Assembly (NCBI GenBank): GCA_045535075.1
Contig: JAZSKX010000015.1
Location: forward strand, 64,001-128,000
Reading direction: 5' to 3'
From: Candidatus Spyradenecus sp.
GTDB lineage: Bacteria > Verrucomicrobiota > Verrucomicrobiia > Opitutales > UBA953
Length of the DNA stretch: 64,000 nucleotides
In this document: piece by piece, positions 19,446 through 29,521 of the stretch
Position numbering within the stretch: position 1 is the first letter of the stretch
How the letters are laid out: every line of letters starts with the position of its first letter
Notes under the pieces: model-generated
What the model was told of the DNA's origin: nothing
The model's input: only the letters and a program-made list of their open reading frames with translations
The model's database searches: none
Translations under genes and position numbers: made by a program

Positions 19446-19525
19446 AATGATTCCAATTATCGCCTCCTGCGGGAACGTCGCAAAGTTAAAATAAAAAAAG
19501 TGTTTCAGTTGCGGGGACGGGACTT

Positions 19526-20623
19526 TTAGCTTTTTACGTAAACGGTTTGCGTCGGAAACGCAAATTCAAGTCCGGTTTCGTTGAATCGCCTCAGAATTGC
19601 GAGATTGAGATTGTGTTTAAAACGAAGAAATTCGGCGTAGTCCGACGATGCGAAATGATAAACGGCAGTGATGTTGAGTGAGGCGTCTTGGAAGCGACTG
19701 AAATAGACGCGCGGGGCGGTTGTTCCGTTTTGAACGCAGAGCGGGTCGTTAAGTAATTGACGAATAATTACAACGGCGTTTTCGATTTGCTCGGGTTGCG
19801 TCGAGTAAATCAGCCCGAGGTTGATTTCGTCACGGATTGTTTCCCGAGCCGTTACGGTTCGGATTATTCGATTGGCGAGATCGCCGTTGGGAATGCTCAG
19901 TACCGAGCCGTCGCGGGATCGAATCCGCGTTGAGCGCACGCCGACTTCTTCGACCGTTCCCGCGAGTTCGGTTCCGATGTCAATCATGTCGCCGACTTGA
20001 AACGGGCGGTCGAGAATCAACATCAGCGAGCCGAAAAAGTTTTTGACGGTATCCTGCGATGCTAAGCCGACGGCGAGCCCGCCGATGCCGAGCATCGCGA
20101 TAATTTCGGCGGGTTGGGTGTCGGTTGCAATGCGGATAATGATCAGGATTCCGATCCCGAGGATGCCGATTTTCATTAGTGCGGCAAAGAGCGGAAGTAG
20201 CGTTGCCGCCGATTTACTGCTTGGAGAGGCGTATCGGCGAATCAACGCGAGCGGCAGGCGAACGAGGTTCCAAGTGAAAACGGCGAGCGAGCAGGAGACA
20301 AAAATCCAAAAGAGGCGCGACAGAGCTTTCGTGGCTTCGGGCGGAAGATTTGCCGTGTTTCCGGAATAAATCGCGAATGCGATGAAGCCGATTCCGGTAA
20401 AAAGGAAAATTCCGGTTCGCGCGAGTGCTTCGAGGATTGTTCCCGCGATTATTTTTCGCGTCGGGATTGCTGCCGTTCCCGTCGGCTTCAACAGTATTTT
20501 TGACGCAAATAAGAAAAATTTTCGTAGTGCCCCTCCGATTGCAATTCCGCATAAAACAAAGGCAACAAGTTGAATTGCCGAGATTGCATCGGGAATCAGA
20601 GCCTTAAAAACAACAGAAATCAT
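19526..20623 (-). CDS. Small-conductance mechanosensitive channel family protein
   Basis: GIGGLAVGLASQDTVKNFFG..DRPFQVGD, VEEVGVRSTRIR, IPNG. Confidence 0.92.
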   Translation of the reverse strand: MISVVFKALIPDAISAIQLVAFVLCGIAIGGALRKFFLFASKILLKPTGTAAIPTRKIIAGTILEALARTGIFLFTGIGFIAFAIYSGNTANLPPEATKALSRLFWIFVSCSLAVFTWNLVRLPLALIRRYASPSSKSAATLLPLFAALMKIGILGIGILIIIRIATDTQPAEIIAMLGIGGLAVGLASQDTVKNFFGSLMLILDRPFQVGDMIDIGTELAGTVEEVGVRSTRIRSRDGSVLSIPNGDLANRIIRTVTARETIRDEINLGLIYSTQPEQIENAVVIIRQLLNDPLCVQNGTTAPRVYFSRFQDASLNITAVYHFASSDYAEFLRFKHNLNLAILRRFNETGLEFAFPTQTVYVKS

Positions 20624-20752
20624 ATTAAAGAATAAGCGTCGGAGTGTCTGGTATTTGACCGGGAATTTCGGATTTTCGTTCTCGTTTTTGCCGGATTCTT
20701 TTGTTTTGTGTTTGTGATAAATTCGGGAAAAATTAAGCCAATTTATTTTTAC

Positions 20753-21865
20753 ATGGACACGGAACTCTTCGATTACGACTTGCCGGAACGCTTAATCGCG
20801 CAAACGCCCGCCGCCCGGCGGGAAGATTCGCGTCTGCTTGTCGTAGAGCGGAAATCGGGAACGCTCAGGCACTGCATCTTTCGCGATTTGCCCGATTTGC
20901 TGCCTGCGGGAACGCGAATGTTTCGTAACAATGCCGCTGTCTTGCAGGCGCGGCTTCCCGGTGTCCGCGAAGGCTCCGGCGGCAAGGTCGAATGCCTGCT
21001 GCTGCGCCCGGGCGAGATCCCGACGCGTTGGTGGTGCCTGCTCAAACCCGGGAAGAAAGCCGCTTCGGGAAGCTTCGGAATTGAAGGTGTCTATCGTGCG
21101 CACGTTGTCGCAAAAGAAGATTGCGTTGACGGCGGCGGAGAGTACTTGGTCGAGTTCGAAATCCTTCTTCCGCAGGGCAATGTGCTTGATGTTGCCGCGC
21201 AAGTCGGCTCGCTCCCGCTCCCGCCTTATATTACGCGTTCGCGCCCGAAGGACGCGGATTTTTCCGAGCTGGATAAAGAGCGTTATCAGACCGTTTACGC
21301 GTTTCGGGAAAATCCCGTTGCCGCTGCTGCGCCGACAGCCGGATTGCATTTTTCCGACGCGTTGCTGGAACGCTTGCGTTCCCGTGATGTTCCGCAATTC
21401 GATTTGACGCTTCACATCGGACTGGGAACATTCCAGCCGATTAAATCCGCAACGATTGAAGCGCATCCGATGCACAAGGAATTTTACACGATTCCTGCGA
21501 AAACGCGGGAACAGCTTGAAATCATTTGCCCGGAAAAATCGCCTCGCCTTGCCGTCGGAACAACCAGCTTGCGTGCCATGGAAGACTTCGCGCGCCGCCG
21601 CGCCGCCGGAGATCCGCTTATTCCCGAGGCGGGAAGCGTTGCCGCAACCGCCGGGCTTTTTGTCTATCCTCCGCAAACGATTTCCGGCGCGGATATTATG
21701 ATCACGAATTTTCACCTGCCGAAATCGACGCTTATGTGTTTGATTTCGACATTTCTCGCTCCGGGTGAAATGCGCGGAATTCAATGGCTAAAGGAAATTT
21801 ACGCCGAAGCCGTTTCCCGCGAATACCGATTTTACAGCTACGGCGATGCGATGCTGATTCTTTAG
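20753..21865 (+). CDS. queA: S-adenosylmethionine:tRNA ribosyltransferase-isomerase
   Basis: FDYDLPERLIAQTP, AAPTAGLHF, TNFHLPKST, YRFYSYGDAMLI. Confidence 0.95.
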   Translation: MDTELFDYDLPERLIAQTPAARREDSRLLVVERKSGTLRHCIFRDLPDLLPAGTRMFRNNAAVLQARLPGVREGSGGKVECLLLRPGEIPTRWWCLLKPGKKAASGSFGIEGVYRAHVVAKEDCVDGGGEYLVEFEILLPQGNVLDVAAQVGSLPLPPYITRSRPKDADFSELDKERYQTVYAFRENPVAAAAPTAGLHFSDALLERLRSRDVPQFDLTLHIGLGTFQPIKSATIEAHPMHKEFYTIPAKTREQLEIICPEKSPRLAVGTTSLRAMEDFARRRAAGDPLIPEAGSVAATAGLFVYPPQTISGADIMITNFHLPKSTLMCLISTFLAPGEMRGIQWLKEIYAEAVSREYRFYSYGDAMLIL

Positions 21866-21934
21866 GTGATTGCAAATCCGAGGCTTGATGTTTGAGAGTT
21901 GAAATTTAAAACTTAGAAAAACCCCGTTAAAATT

Positions 21935-23317
21935 ATGAATAAACTTTCCGTTAAAAATGCTCTTTCCGCGAGCGTTCCCGCAGACGAAGTGCTTGTCCAA
22001 GGTTGGGTGCGTACGCGCCGCGATTCCAAGGCGTTTTCTTTTATCGAGCTCAACGACGGCTCGTGCCAAAAGAACCTGCAAATCATCGTCGATGCAAATT
22101 GCCCCGGCTATGAGAATGTAAAGAATACGCTTACGGGAGCGGCGGTTTCCGTTGTCGGCGCGCTCGTCGCCTCGCAAGGGAAAGGACAAAGTTGGGAAGT
22201 TCACGCGAAAGATTTTCGCCTCGTCGGGACGGCGCCGGATTCGTTCCCGCTTCAGAAAAAAGGACACACGGTTGAATTTCTGCGCGATATTCCGCACTTG
22301 CGCGCCCGGACAAATCGCCTCGGCGCGATGTTCCGCGTGCGTTCCCGCCTTGCGTACGCCGTGCATAACTTTTTCCAGTCCCGCGGCTTCGCTTATGTTC
22401 ACACGCCGATTATCACAACCAGCGATTGCGAAGGCGCCGGCGAACTTTTTCGCGTGACGACGCTCCCGCAGGACGCGCTTCCGAAAACGCCGGACGGCAA
22501 AATTGATTACGCGCAGGATTTCTTCGCCCGCCAATCTTTCCTCACCGTCAGCGGACAGCTCGAAGCCGAAACGCTCGCCTGTGCCCTCGGCAACGTTTAT
22601 ACGTTCGGGCCGACGTTTCGCGCGGAAAATTCGCACACATCGCGCCATGCCAGCGAGTTTTGGATGATTGAACCCGAAATGGCATTTTGCGATATTTTCG
22701 GCGATATCGATATGGCGGAGGCGTTTATTAAACATCTCATCGCCGATATTTTGGAAAATTGCCCGGATGAAATCGCGTTCTTCGACAAATTTGTCAGCAA
22801 AGGCTTGCGGGAACGCCTGCAGGCGGTTTTGGACAATCCGTTTGTGCGCGTTTCTTACACGGACGCGATTGAGATTCTTCAAAAATCCGGTGAAACGTTC
22901 GAGTTTCCGCCGGTTTGGGGCGAAGCGCTTCAGTCTGAACACGAGCGCTTCCTGACGGAAAAACACTTCCGCTCGCCGGTCGCCGTTTACAATTATCCGC
23001 GCAAGGCAAAACCGTTTTACATGCGTCAAAATGACGACGGGAAAACCGTCGCGGCGGCGGATTTGCTCGTTCCCGGAATCGGCGAAATCGTCGGCGGGAG
23101 CCAGCGTGAAGAACGCTTGGAGCGCCTTTTGGAGGCGATGCGGGAACACGGCTTGAGCGAAGAGGATTACGGCTGGTATGTTGATTTGCGCCGCTTCGGC
23201 AGTGTGCCGCATTCCGGTTTCGGTTTGGGCTTCGAGCGTATGTTGATGTTTGTTACCGGCGAAGGGAATATCCGCGACGTCATTCCGTTCCCGCGTACGC
23301 CGGGAAATGCCCGCTAG
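21935..23317 (+). CDS. asnS: Asparagine--tRNA ligase
   Basis: [39 protein letters not shown]. Confidence 0.96.
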   Translation: MNKLSVKNALSASVPADEVLVQGWVRTRRDSKAFSFIELNDGSCQKNLQIIVDANCPGYENVKNTLTGAAVSVVGALVASQGKGQSWEVHAKDFRLVGTAPDSFPLQKKGHTVEFLRDIPHLRARTNRLGAMFRVRSRLAYAVHNFFQSRGFAYVHTPIITTSDCEGAGELFRVTTLPQDALPKTPDGKIDYAQDFFARQSFLTVSGQLEAETLACALGNVYTFGPTFRAENSHTSRHASEFWMIEPEMAFCDIFGDIDMAEAFIKHLIADILENCPDEIAFFDKFVSKGLRERLQAVLDNPFVRVSYTDAIEILQKSGETFEFPPVWGEALQSEHERFLTEKHFRSPVAVYNYPRKAKPFYMRQNDDGKTVAAADLLVPGIGEIVGGSQREERLERLLEAMREHGLSEEDYGWYVDLRRFGSVPHSGFGLGFERMLMFVTGEGNIRDVIPFPRTPGNAR

Positions 23318-23342
23318 GAAATTTTGCTCCCGGATCGGCAGA

Positions 23343-23720
23343 TTACAATGCCGGTTCGGGGCGGGAAATGCGGACGGAAATGTCGCCGAACGGCGTCGGA
23401 ATCGGAGCTTCCGGCTTGTGGATTTCAACGTCGATGCTTTTCAGAAGCGGAAATTCAGCCAAGAGAGTTCCCGCGATTTTTTCGGCGAGCGCTTCAATTA
23501 AATTAAAGCCGGGCTTGGCTGAAACGATTTCGACGACACGCGCGATGACGGCGGCGTAGTTGACGGTTTTTGCCAGCTCATCGCTTGTTCCCGCAGGTTT
23601 TAAATCGAGCGAAAGCGTGAGCGTGATGTAGAAATTTTGTCCGTTCTCTTTTTCTTCCGGCAAAACGCCGTGGTAGCCGAATGTATGTATTTTTTCGATA
23701 CGGATTTTATCGCTTGGCAT
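23343..23720 (-). CDS. folB: Dihydroneopterin aldolase
   Basis: GYHGVLPEEKENGQNF, TVNY, NLIEALAEKIA, HKPEAP. Confidence 0.9.
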   Translation of the reverse strand: MPSDKIRIEKIHTFGYHGVLPEEKENGQNFYITLTLSLDLKPAGTSDELAKTVNYAAVIARVVEIVSAKPGFNLIEALAEKIAGTLLAEFPLLKSIDVEIHKPEAPIPTPFGDISVRISRPEPAL

Positions 23721-24750
23721 TTTGAATTTCCTCCAGCATGACGGCGACGTTTTCGATGCAGGCTTGCGGTTGAATGCCGTGTCCGAGATTAAAAATAAAT
23801 CCGCTTTCTCCGTGCATTTCGTCAAGAATTTCCCGTGTGCGTTCCCGTACGATTTGCGGATTTTTCAAATTTAAGATGCACGGATCGAGATTGCCCTGAA
23901 GCGCGAGGCGCGTTCCCGCAGGAAGGTTTTTACGGATGCCGGAAAGCGAATGCGTCCAGTCGACGCCGAGGACGCTTGCGCCGGTTTTTGCGACGGAGCC
24001 GGCAAGATGAGCCATGCCTTTTGCGAAAACGATAACGGGTACGTTTGCGGGAACGGCGGCGATGATTTTACGAATCCAGCGCAGTGAAAGTGCTTCGTAT
24101 TCCCGTGCGGTACAAAGCGAAGCCCAGGAGTCAAAAAGCTGAACGGCGTCAACGCCCGCCGCAATTTGCATTTGTAAGTAAGCGATAATTGCGTCGGAAA
24201 GTTTTTCCATCAGCGCGTTAAAATCAGCGGGATGTTCGGCGGCAAGCTCTTTAATTTTTGAAAATTGTTTGGAAGAGCCGCCTTCCACCATATAGGTCGC
24301 CAGTGTCCACGGCGTTCCCGCGAATCCGAGCAAGGCTCGCGTGCCGCCGAGGCGTTCCCGTACGATTTTTTGCGCGGCGGGAACGTAGGCGAGTTTTTCG
24401 TAAACTTCATCGGCGGTTCCGAGACGTCGGATTTGTTCGGCGGAATCGAGTGTAAATTCCATGGAAATGCCGCCGTTGCCGAAGCGGTAATTTTGCCCGA
24501 GGGCTTCGGGAATGACGAGGATATCGCTGAACGTGATTGCCGCATCCAGCGTTTCAAAGCGTTGCACGGGCTGGAGCGTTACCTCTGCCGCCAGTTCCGG
24601 CGTTTTTACCAAAGTGAGAAAATCGTAGCGTTCTTTGAGCGCGCGATATTCCGGCAAATAGCGTCCGGCTTGGCGCATAATCCAAACAGGCGGGCGATCC
24701 GTCGGTTCACAACGGGCGGCGGCGAGAAAACGTTCGCGGGAAGAAATCAT
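23707..24750 (-). CDS. hemE: Uroporphyrinogen decarboxylase
   Basis: PVWIMRQAGRYLPEY, FSDIL, QGNLDP, NLGHG. Confidence 0.95.
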   Translation of the reverse strand: MISSRERFLAAARCEPTDRPPVWIMRQAGRYLPEYRALKERYDFLTLVKTPELAAEVTLQPVQRFETLDAAITFSDILVIPEALGQNYRFGNGGISMEFTLDSAEQIRRLGTADEVYEKLAYVPAAQKIVRERLGGTRALLGFAGTPWTLATYMVEGGSSKQFSKIKELAAEHPADFNALMEKLSDAIIAYLQMQIAAGVDAVQLFDSWASLCTAREYEALSLRWIRKIIAAVPANVPVIVFAKGMAHLAGSVAKTGASVLGVDWTHSLSGIRKNLPAGTRLALQGNLDPCILNLKNPQIVRERTREILDEMHGESGFIFNLGHGIQPQACIENVAVMLEEIQNAKR

Positions 24751-24756
24751 ATTTTT

Positions 24757-26427
24757 TTATTTGAGGAATCGTGAGGCGGCATCGATGCGTTCCCGCGCTG
24801 CTTTTGTTTGTGCGGCGTGTGCGCTTCCGAAACCGGCTTCGACGGTGAAGGTTTCGCTTAAAAACTTTTCCAGCTCGGCGACGGCATTTTTGAGTTCGGC
24901 GGGAGCGCCGGGTTCACGGGCGGCTTCGCGGAGGATGCGGATTTTTTCAAAATCTTCGATGCCGTCGCGTAGTGTTTCGAAGCGCAAAGTCGTGCGATTT
25001 CCCGGATAGACAAGGAAACAGTCGCCGGCGGGCCAATAGCGTTTCGGCCAGCGGCAATCCGCAAACGGATTGTCGACCCACGAGTTGTACGCCCAGCGCA
25101 GAAGACCGTCGAAGCGGTTTGCTGCCGTGTAGAGCAAAAGCCAGTGCGGTTCGGCGGCGGTCGAATGCGGGAACGTGTTCGGTTTTGCCGGATTCGTGCA
25201 GACGTAGCAAGTCGTTTTGCGCTTGTCTTCTCGGCGGGAATTTGTGAGCTCGGTGAGCCCGTTCGAGTGCTGAAAAACAACCGAAATGTCGTGGACGAAA
25301 TGCGCCATCTTGGTCGGGCGATCGACGGCTGAAACGATTTTGAGTTCCGGAGCGTATTTTTCGACGACTCCGCGTGCGGCGTTGACGAGATGATCCGGGC
25401 GTTCGTCGAGCGCGATGCAGGTTTTTTCAAGCAAGCCGCGTTTTTTCAGGTGCGCGCGAAAGTTTGTCAAAAATGCTTTCCACGTGGCATCGTAATCGGG
25501 CGATTTCGGGTCGAGCGAAATTGTTTTTTCCGTTCCCGCGGCTTCGTCGAAGTAAGTTGTTTTAAGCGACCATGAAACCATTGTATAGCAGGAGATTTGC
25601 TCTTTGATTCCGATTTCTTTCGTCATGAAATCGACGTATTTGTCGAACGCCGTGTAGTCGAATTCCCATTTTCCGGATTTATTTTTGCGCCATTTGACCA
25701 TCGAACTCCAGTGGTCGCGCGTTTGGTGATCCCAAGGTTCTTCGATGATGGAGCAGGTAATGACTTTTTGCCCGGCGGCGGCGAGACGTTTCATAATCGG
25801 CTTCATCGCCTCGAAGTGTTCCCGCGACCAAAGCTTTGTTCCCGTCCAACGGGCAATCGCCTCCGGATGTTGCCAAAGGTCGAGGTGAATTGTCCAATCC
25901 TGCGGCGGGGGAAGTTGCGCGGGAAGGACTTCGATTTCCGCTATTTTTTGAGATTTCCCGTTAATTTCGAGAAACAGGCGATATTTCCCGGGAGAAATTT
26001 GCGCTTGTGCGGTATCGACGGAAACGAGCAGGACGGCTTCGCCGGCGGGAATTTTAAAGCCCGTTCCCGCAGGCTCGACGATGTCGGCGACGGATGTGCC
26101 GCCTTGACCGATTGTCGATCGGACATATTCCGCGACTGCAGGCGCTTGTATTCTTATGGAACGCCCGCCGGAGCGAGCTTTTTTTTCGCTCTTAATAAAT
26201 GCTCCCAGCTTTGCGTTTTCGGGAAGCGTGGTTTTGATACGAAAAAGAAGAAGTTCGCCGCGCCATGCGACGCGTTTTTCGCCGAGAAAATTTTCGGAAG
26301 CTGCCGTGAGATCGCCCGCGGGAACGAAGGTCATTTCGTCGGCAACTTGGCTTTGTGTGTAGGCTCCGGCTACGGGAACGCCGAACAAGGCGAGTGCGGA
26401 GAAAGAGATGAATTTCCCTAAATTCAT
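24757..26427 (-). CDS. Secreted glycoside hydrolase, GH123-like (DUF4091 C-terminus)
   Basis: LDLWQHP, IALDER, GLLRWAYNSW, GDCFLVYP, RFETLRDGIEDFEK. Confidence 0.78.
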   Translation of the reverse strand: MNLGKFISFSALALFGVPVAGAYTQSQVADEMTFVPAGDLTAASENFLGEKRVAWRGELLLFRIKTTLPENAKLGAFIKSEKKARSGGRSIRIQAPAVAEYVRSTIGQGGTSVADIVEPAGTGFKIPAGEAVLLVSVDTAQAQISPGKYRLFLEINGKSQKIAEIEVLPAQLPPPQDWTIHLDLWQHPEAIARWTGTKLWSREHFEAMKPIMKRLAAAGQKVITCSIIEEPWDHQTRDHWSSMVKWRKNKSGKWEFDYTAFDKYVDFMTKEIGIKEQISCYTMVSWSLKTTYFDEAAGTEKTISLDPKSPDYDATWKAFLTNFRAHLKKRGLLEKTCIALDERPDHLVNAARGVVEKYAPELKIVSAVDRPTKMAHFVHDISVVFQHSNGLTELTNSRREDKRKTTCYVCTNPAKPNTFPHSTAAEPHWLLLYTAANRFDGLLRWAYNSWVDNPFADCRWPKRYWPAGDCFLVYPGNRTTLRFETLRDGIEDFEKIRILREAAREPGAPAELKNAVAELEKFLSETFTVEAGFGSAHAAQTKAARERIDAASRFLK

Positions 26428-26432
26428 TTTTT

Positions 26433-26939
26433 TTATTTTGCTTGTTTTTTAGAGGCGGGAAGAGTCTTTTGGCACGGAGCATTGGGATCTTCCGCATTGT
26501 TTTTACAAGTGCAATTCGGGCATTGTGCCGTGATTTGCAGGTGTTGAGAGATGAAAGTCAGGCCGTTTTTTTCGGCAACGGCGCGCCCGTACCAATCCAT
26601 AAACGGCGCATCGAACTCGATAATTTTTTCGCAGTTGGTACAGACGATATGACCTTTAAACGTTCCCGCGTTGCGCGTACTTTCGTAGTACTTGAAGTCG
26701 CGCCCGACATTAAGTTCCGTTAGGATTCCGGAACGAATTAAATCCGGGAGCGCACGATAAACCGTGGCTCGGGAAATTTTAGAATATTTCCGGCGGGCGA
26801 CGGTAAGCAAATCTTCTGCGGTAAAATGCCCGTCGTAATGATATGCGGCTTCCCAAATTGCCAAGCGAGGTTGGGTGTTTCTGAGCCCGACGGACGCGAG
26901 CACTTCTCCGAAATTCAAGGTGGGCGGGGGATTTTTCAT
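26433..26939 (-). CDS. Fur-family transcriptional regulator
   Basis: GLRNTQPR, HFTAEDL, ISRATVYRAL, HIVCTNC...CPNC. Confidence 0.9.
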   Translation of the reverse strand: MKNPPPTLNFGEVLASVGLRNTQPRLAIWEAAYHYDGHFTAEDLLTVARRKYSKISRATVYRALPDLIRSGILTELNVGRDFKYYESTRNAGTFKGHIVCTNCEKIIEFDAPFMDWYGRAVAEKNGLTFISQHLQITAQCPNCTCKNNAEDPNAPCQKTLPASKKQAK

Positions 26940-27049
26940 GCTAAAATTTGAGACAGTTTTGCGAATAAAGGCAAGCGCGTTCCCGTAGGGCGAGATTGCG
27001 CTTGCAAGCTTGGCGGCGGATAAAGGAGAATTGCGCATAGGCGCTAACG

Positions 27050-28474
27050 ATGAACAAAAAACTTTCTGAACTTTGCTGTGCCGGAATGCTGATTGCGGGA
27101 GCCGGGATTTTTTCCGGGTGTGCATCTTATTCCGAAAAATCTGCAGACATGCGCTCGGCGTGGATTCAGGGGAATTTTGCTCATGCCGAAAAAATTACGG
27201 CGGAAGAGGCGGAATCTGCCTCGGAGGAAGATCGCCTTCTTTGGCAACTTGAGCATGCTTCGGTTTTGCGCGGAATGCAGAAGAATGCGGAAGCGCAACA
27301 TGCACTTGAGGCAGCGGCGAAAACCTTGGAAGCGTGGGACGAAAAGGCGGAAATTCTGCTCTCTAAAGAAGCGGCGGCAACGCTTTCAAATTTGTCGGCG
27401 CTTCCGTATCGCGGGCGCGGGCTCGATCGTATCATGCTTCACACCTACCGGAGCCTGAATTTTTTGGAAGCGGGAAAAATCGATGCCGCGCGAGTTGCCC
27501 TCAATGCCGCGTTTCAGGCTCAAAGCGAAGCGGTCGAGCGCAATGCAAAAAGCATCGAAGCCGCTCAGACGACCGCGACTGAAAACGATGTCGATTTGGC
27601 GGATTTGAAAAAGAACCAAAGCGTCGCGAATGCGATTGAAATCGGGAAAAGCGGACTCTCCGGATTCTCCGCTTACGCCGATTATGTTAATCCGTTTACG
27701 ACTTGGCTCCACGGAATTTATTTTCTCCATGCGGGAACGGATGCGTCCGACCGCGAGCGTGCACGCAAATCGCTGGTGCGCGTCGCGCAGATGGAACCCG
27801 AAAATACCTTTGTTTACGAAGACATTAAGCTCGCAGAAAAGGCTGTTCCCGAAGACGACGCAATAACGTATGTTATTTTTGAATACGGAGTCGCTCCGAC
27901 CTTATCGTTTGTCCGCGCCGACCTTTTCCTGGCGATTCCCACCGGAACCGGAAGCTCGACAATCGCGCCCGTTTGTATCGCATTGCCGAAACTTTCTCGG
28001 GAACACTCCGCGGGGCTTCCCGTGATGCGTGCAAACGACGTTCCCGCGCAGACCGTTTGCGATATGAATCGAGCCGTTAAAACGGATTTCGAAAACGCTT
28101 ATCCGGTGGTGCTTGCACGAACGCTGACGACGGCATTTCTGAAGACGGCGGCGAGCGTCATCGCCAACACTGCCGCGCAGGAATACGCTCTCAGAGACGG
28201 GAGCGCCGCCGCGTCGTTGATTGCGCTCGGGACGATGATCGGAACAAGTGTCGCAACTTACGCGACAACGGATGCGGATTTGCGTACTTGGCAAACGCTC
28301 CCGGAATATTTTTCCGTTGCCCGGATTCCGACGCCGAAATCACGCTGTGTTACGGTAGAAATTGCCGGACATCGCACGACAACGAAGTTGCTTCCGGGAA
28401 AGGTGAACGTCGTTGTCGTCAAATCGGTCGGTTTTGCATTGGAACCGAGGGTGAATCAATTTATCCTCAAGTAA
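27050..28474 (+). CDS. COG3014-like TPR lipoprotein
   Basis: FSGC lipobox, ARVALNAAFQAQ, YADYVNPF, ADLRTWQTLP; upstream of ycfL/lpoB-like genes. Confidence 0.75.
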   Translation: MNKKLSELCCAGMLIAGAGIFSGCASYSEKSADMRSAWIQGNFAHAEKITAEEAESASEEDRLLWQLEHASVLRGMQKNAEAQHALEAAAKTLEAWDEKAEILLSKEAAATLSNLSALPYRGRGLDRIMLHTYRSLNFLEAGKIDAARVALNAAFQAQSEAVERNAKSIEAAQTTATENDVDLADLKKNQSVANAIEIGKSGLSGFSAYADYVNPFTTWLHGIYFLHAGTDASDRERARKSLVRVAQMEPENTFVYEDIKLAEKAVPEDDAITYVIFEYGVAPTLSFVRADLFLAIPTGTGSSTIAPVCIALPKLSREHSAGLPVMRANDVPAQTVCDMNRAVKTDFENAYPVVLARTLTTAFLKTAASVIANTAAQEYALRDGSAAASLIALGTMIGTSVATYATTDADLRTWQTLPEYFSVARIPTPKSRCVTVEIAGHRTTTKLLPGKVNVVVVKSVGFALEPRVNQFILK

Positions 28475-28482
28475 TGATTTCT

Positions 28483-28914
28483 ATGAAACGTTTTGCTTCA
28501 AAAATTCTGTTTGCGGGAACGGCTTTATTGCTCGCCGTTTGCTTTGCCGGATGCGCGGCGTCCGTGAATACGCTTGAAAATGCCGATGCGGGATCGGGGA
28601 AACGACTTTTGAACGACCGGCGTATCGTTACCGATTCGGGGACTCTCGATATGGCAACGCCGCTTGAGGTGCGCACGGGAACGACGCCCGACGGCACCGT
28701 AATGCGCATTCAGCTTGAGCTGATGAACCGCACGGACGAAATCGGTCGCGTGTTTTATCTCGTCGAATGGTTTGACGAACAGGGCATGAAAATCGAAGTT
28801 CCCTCCGCGTGGAAGCAACTTAATATTCAGCCGGCAAAAATCGAATCCGTTACCGCCGTTGCTCCGAATGCCGCCGCAAAAGATTTTCGCATTTCATTAA
28901 AACGCAGTGAATAA
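28483..28914 (+). CDS. YcfL/DUF1425-like lipoprotein
   Basis: FAGC lipobox; YLVEWFDEQGM...VAPNAAAKDFRI. Confidence 0.75.
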   Translation: MKRFASKILFAGTALLLAVCFAGCAASVNTLENADAGSGKRLLNDRRIVTDSGTLDMATPLEVRTGTTPDGTVMRIQLELMNRTDEIGRVFYLVEWFDEQGMKIEVPSAWKQLNIQPAKIESVTAVAPNAAAKDFRISLKRSE

Positions 28915-28939
28915 AAACAACAAACGTAAGGAAAAAATA

Positions 28940-29518
28940 ATGACGCTTAAAAAATCCTTTTTCATGACGGTTCTTGCCGCGGGAACGCTGGTGTTCGGCG
29001 CGTGCGCTTCGCAAAAAGCTCGCTACATCGATTCCACGGGAACGGAAACCGTTGTCTCGTTGAACCGGGTCGATATTCAGGATTTTCAATCTGCAACGGA
29101 CGCGCTTGTCGCCGATATGTTGACTTGGGACGCGTTTGCGGGAACGAAAAAACCGGTTGTGGCGCTTAGCCGCGTTGTCAACGATACGACGAATAATTTT
29201 GATACGGCTTTGCTGACGAATCAGGTTCAGGAAGCCATTCTGAAATCCCGCAAAGCGATTATTTCGATGTCGATGAGCGTTGATCGCAAAGACGACGTGG
29301 TACGCCAGGACGTTGCTTCGCTCGGCGGAACGGAAACGGTTGTTCCGGATTTGACGCTTATCGGAAAAATTTCCGAAGTCGCCGCGCGCGCGGATTCGAC
29401 GAAACAGGTTTCGTATGTTTTTGCGATGCGACTCGTGGAAACCAAGACCGGAAACGTCGTGTGGATGAATTCGAAGACCATTACGAAGCAGGGCGAGAAA
29501 AATTCGGTCGGCTGGTAG
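28940..29518 (+). CDS. Penicillin-binding protein activator LpoB-like lipoprotein
   Basis: FGAC lipobox; VVNDT, YVFAMRLVETKTGNVVW. Confidence 0.75.
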   Translation: MTLKKSFFMTVLAAGTLVFGACASQKARYIDSTGTETVVSLNRVDIQDFQSATDALVADMLTWDAFAGTKKPVVALSRVVNDTTNNFDTALLTNQVQEAILKSRKAIISMSMSVDRKDDVVRQDVASLGGTETVVPDLTLIGKISEVAARADSTKQVSYVFAMRLVETKTGNVVWMNSKTITKQGEKNSVGW

Positions 29519-29521
29519 TCG

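Noticed and set aside
21788..23428. 546-aa minus-strand ORF
   Set aside because: Antisense shadow of asnS.
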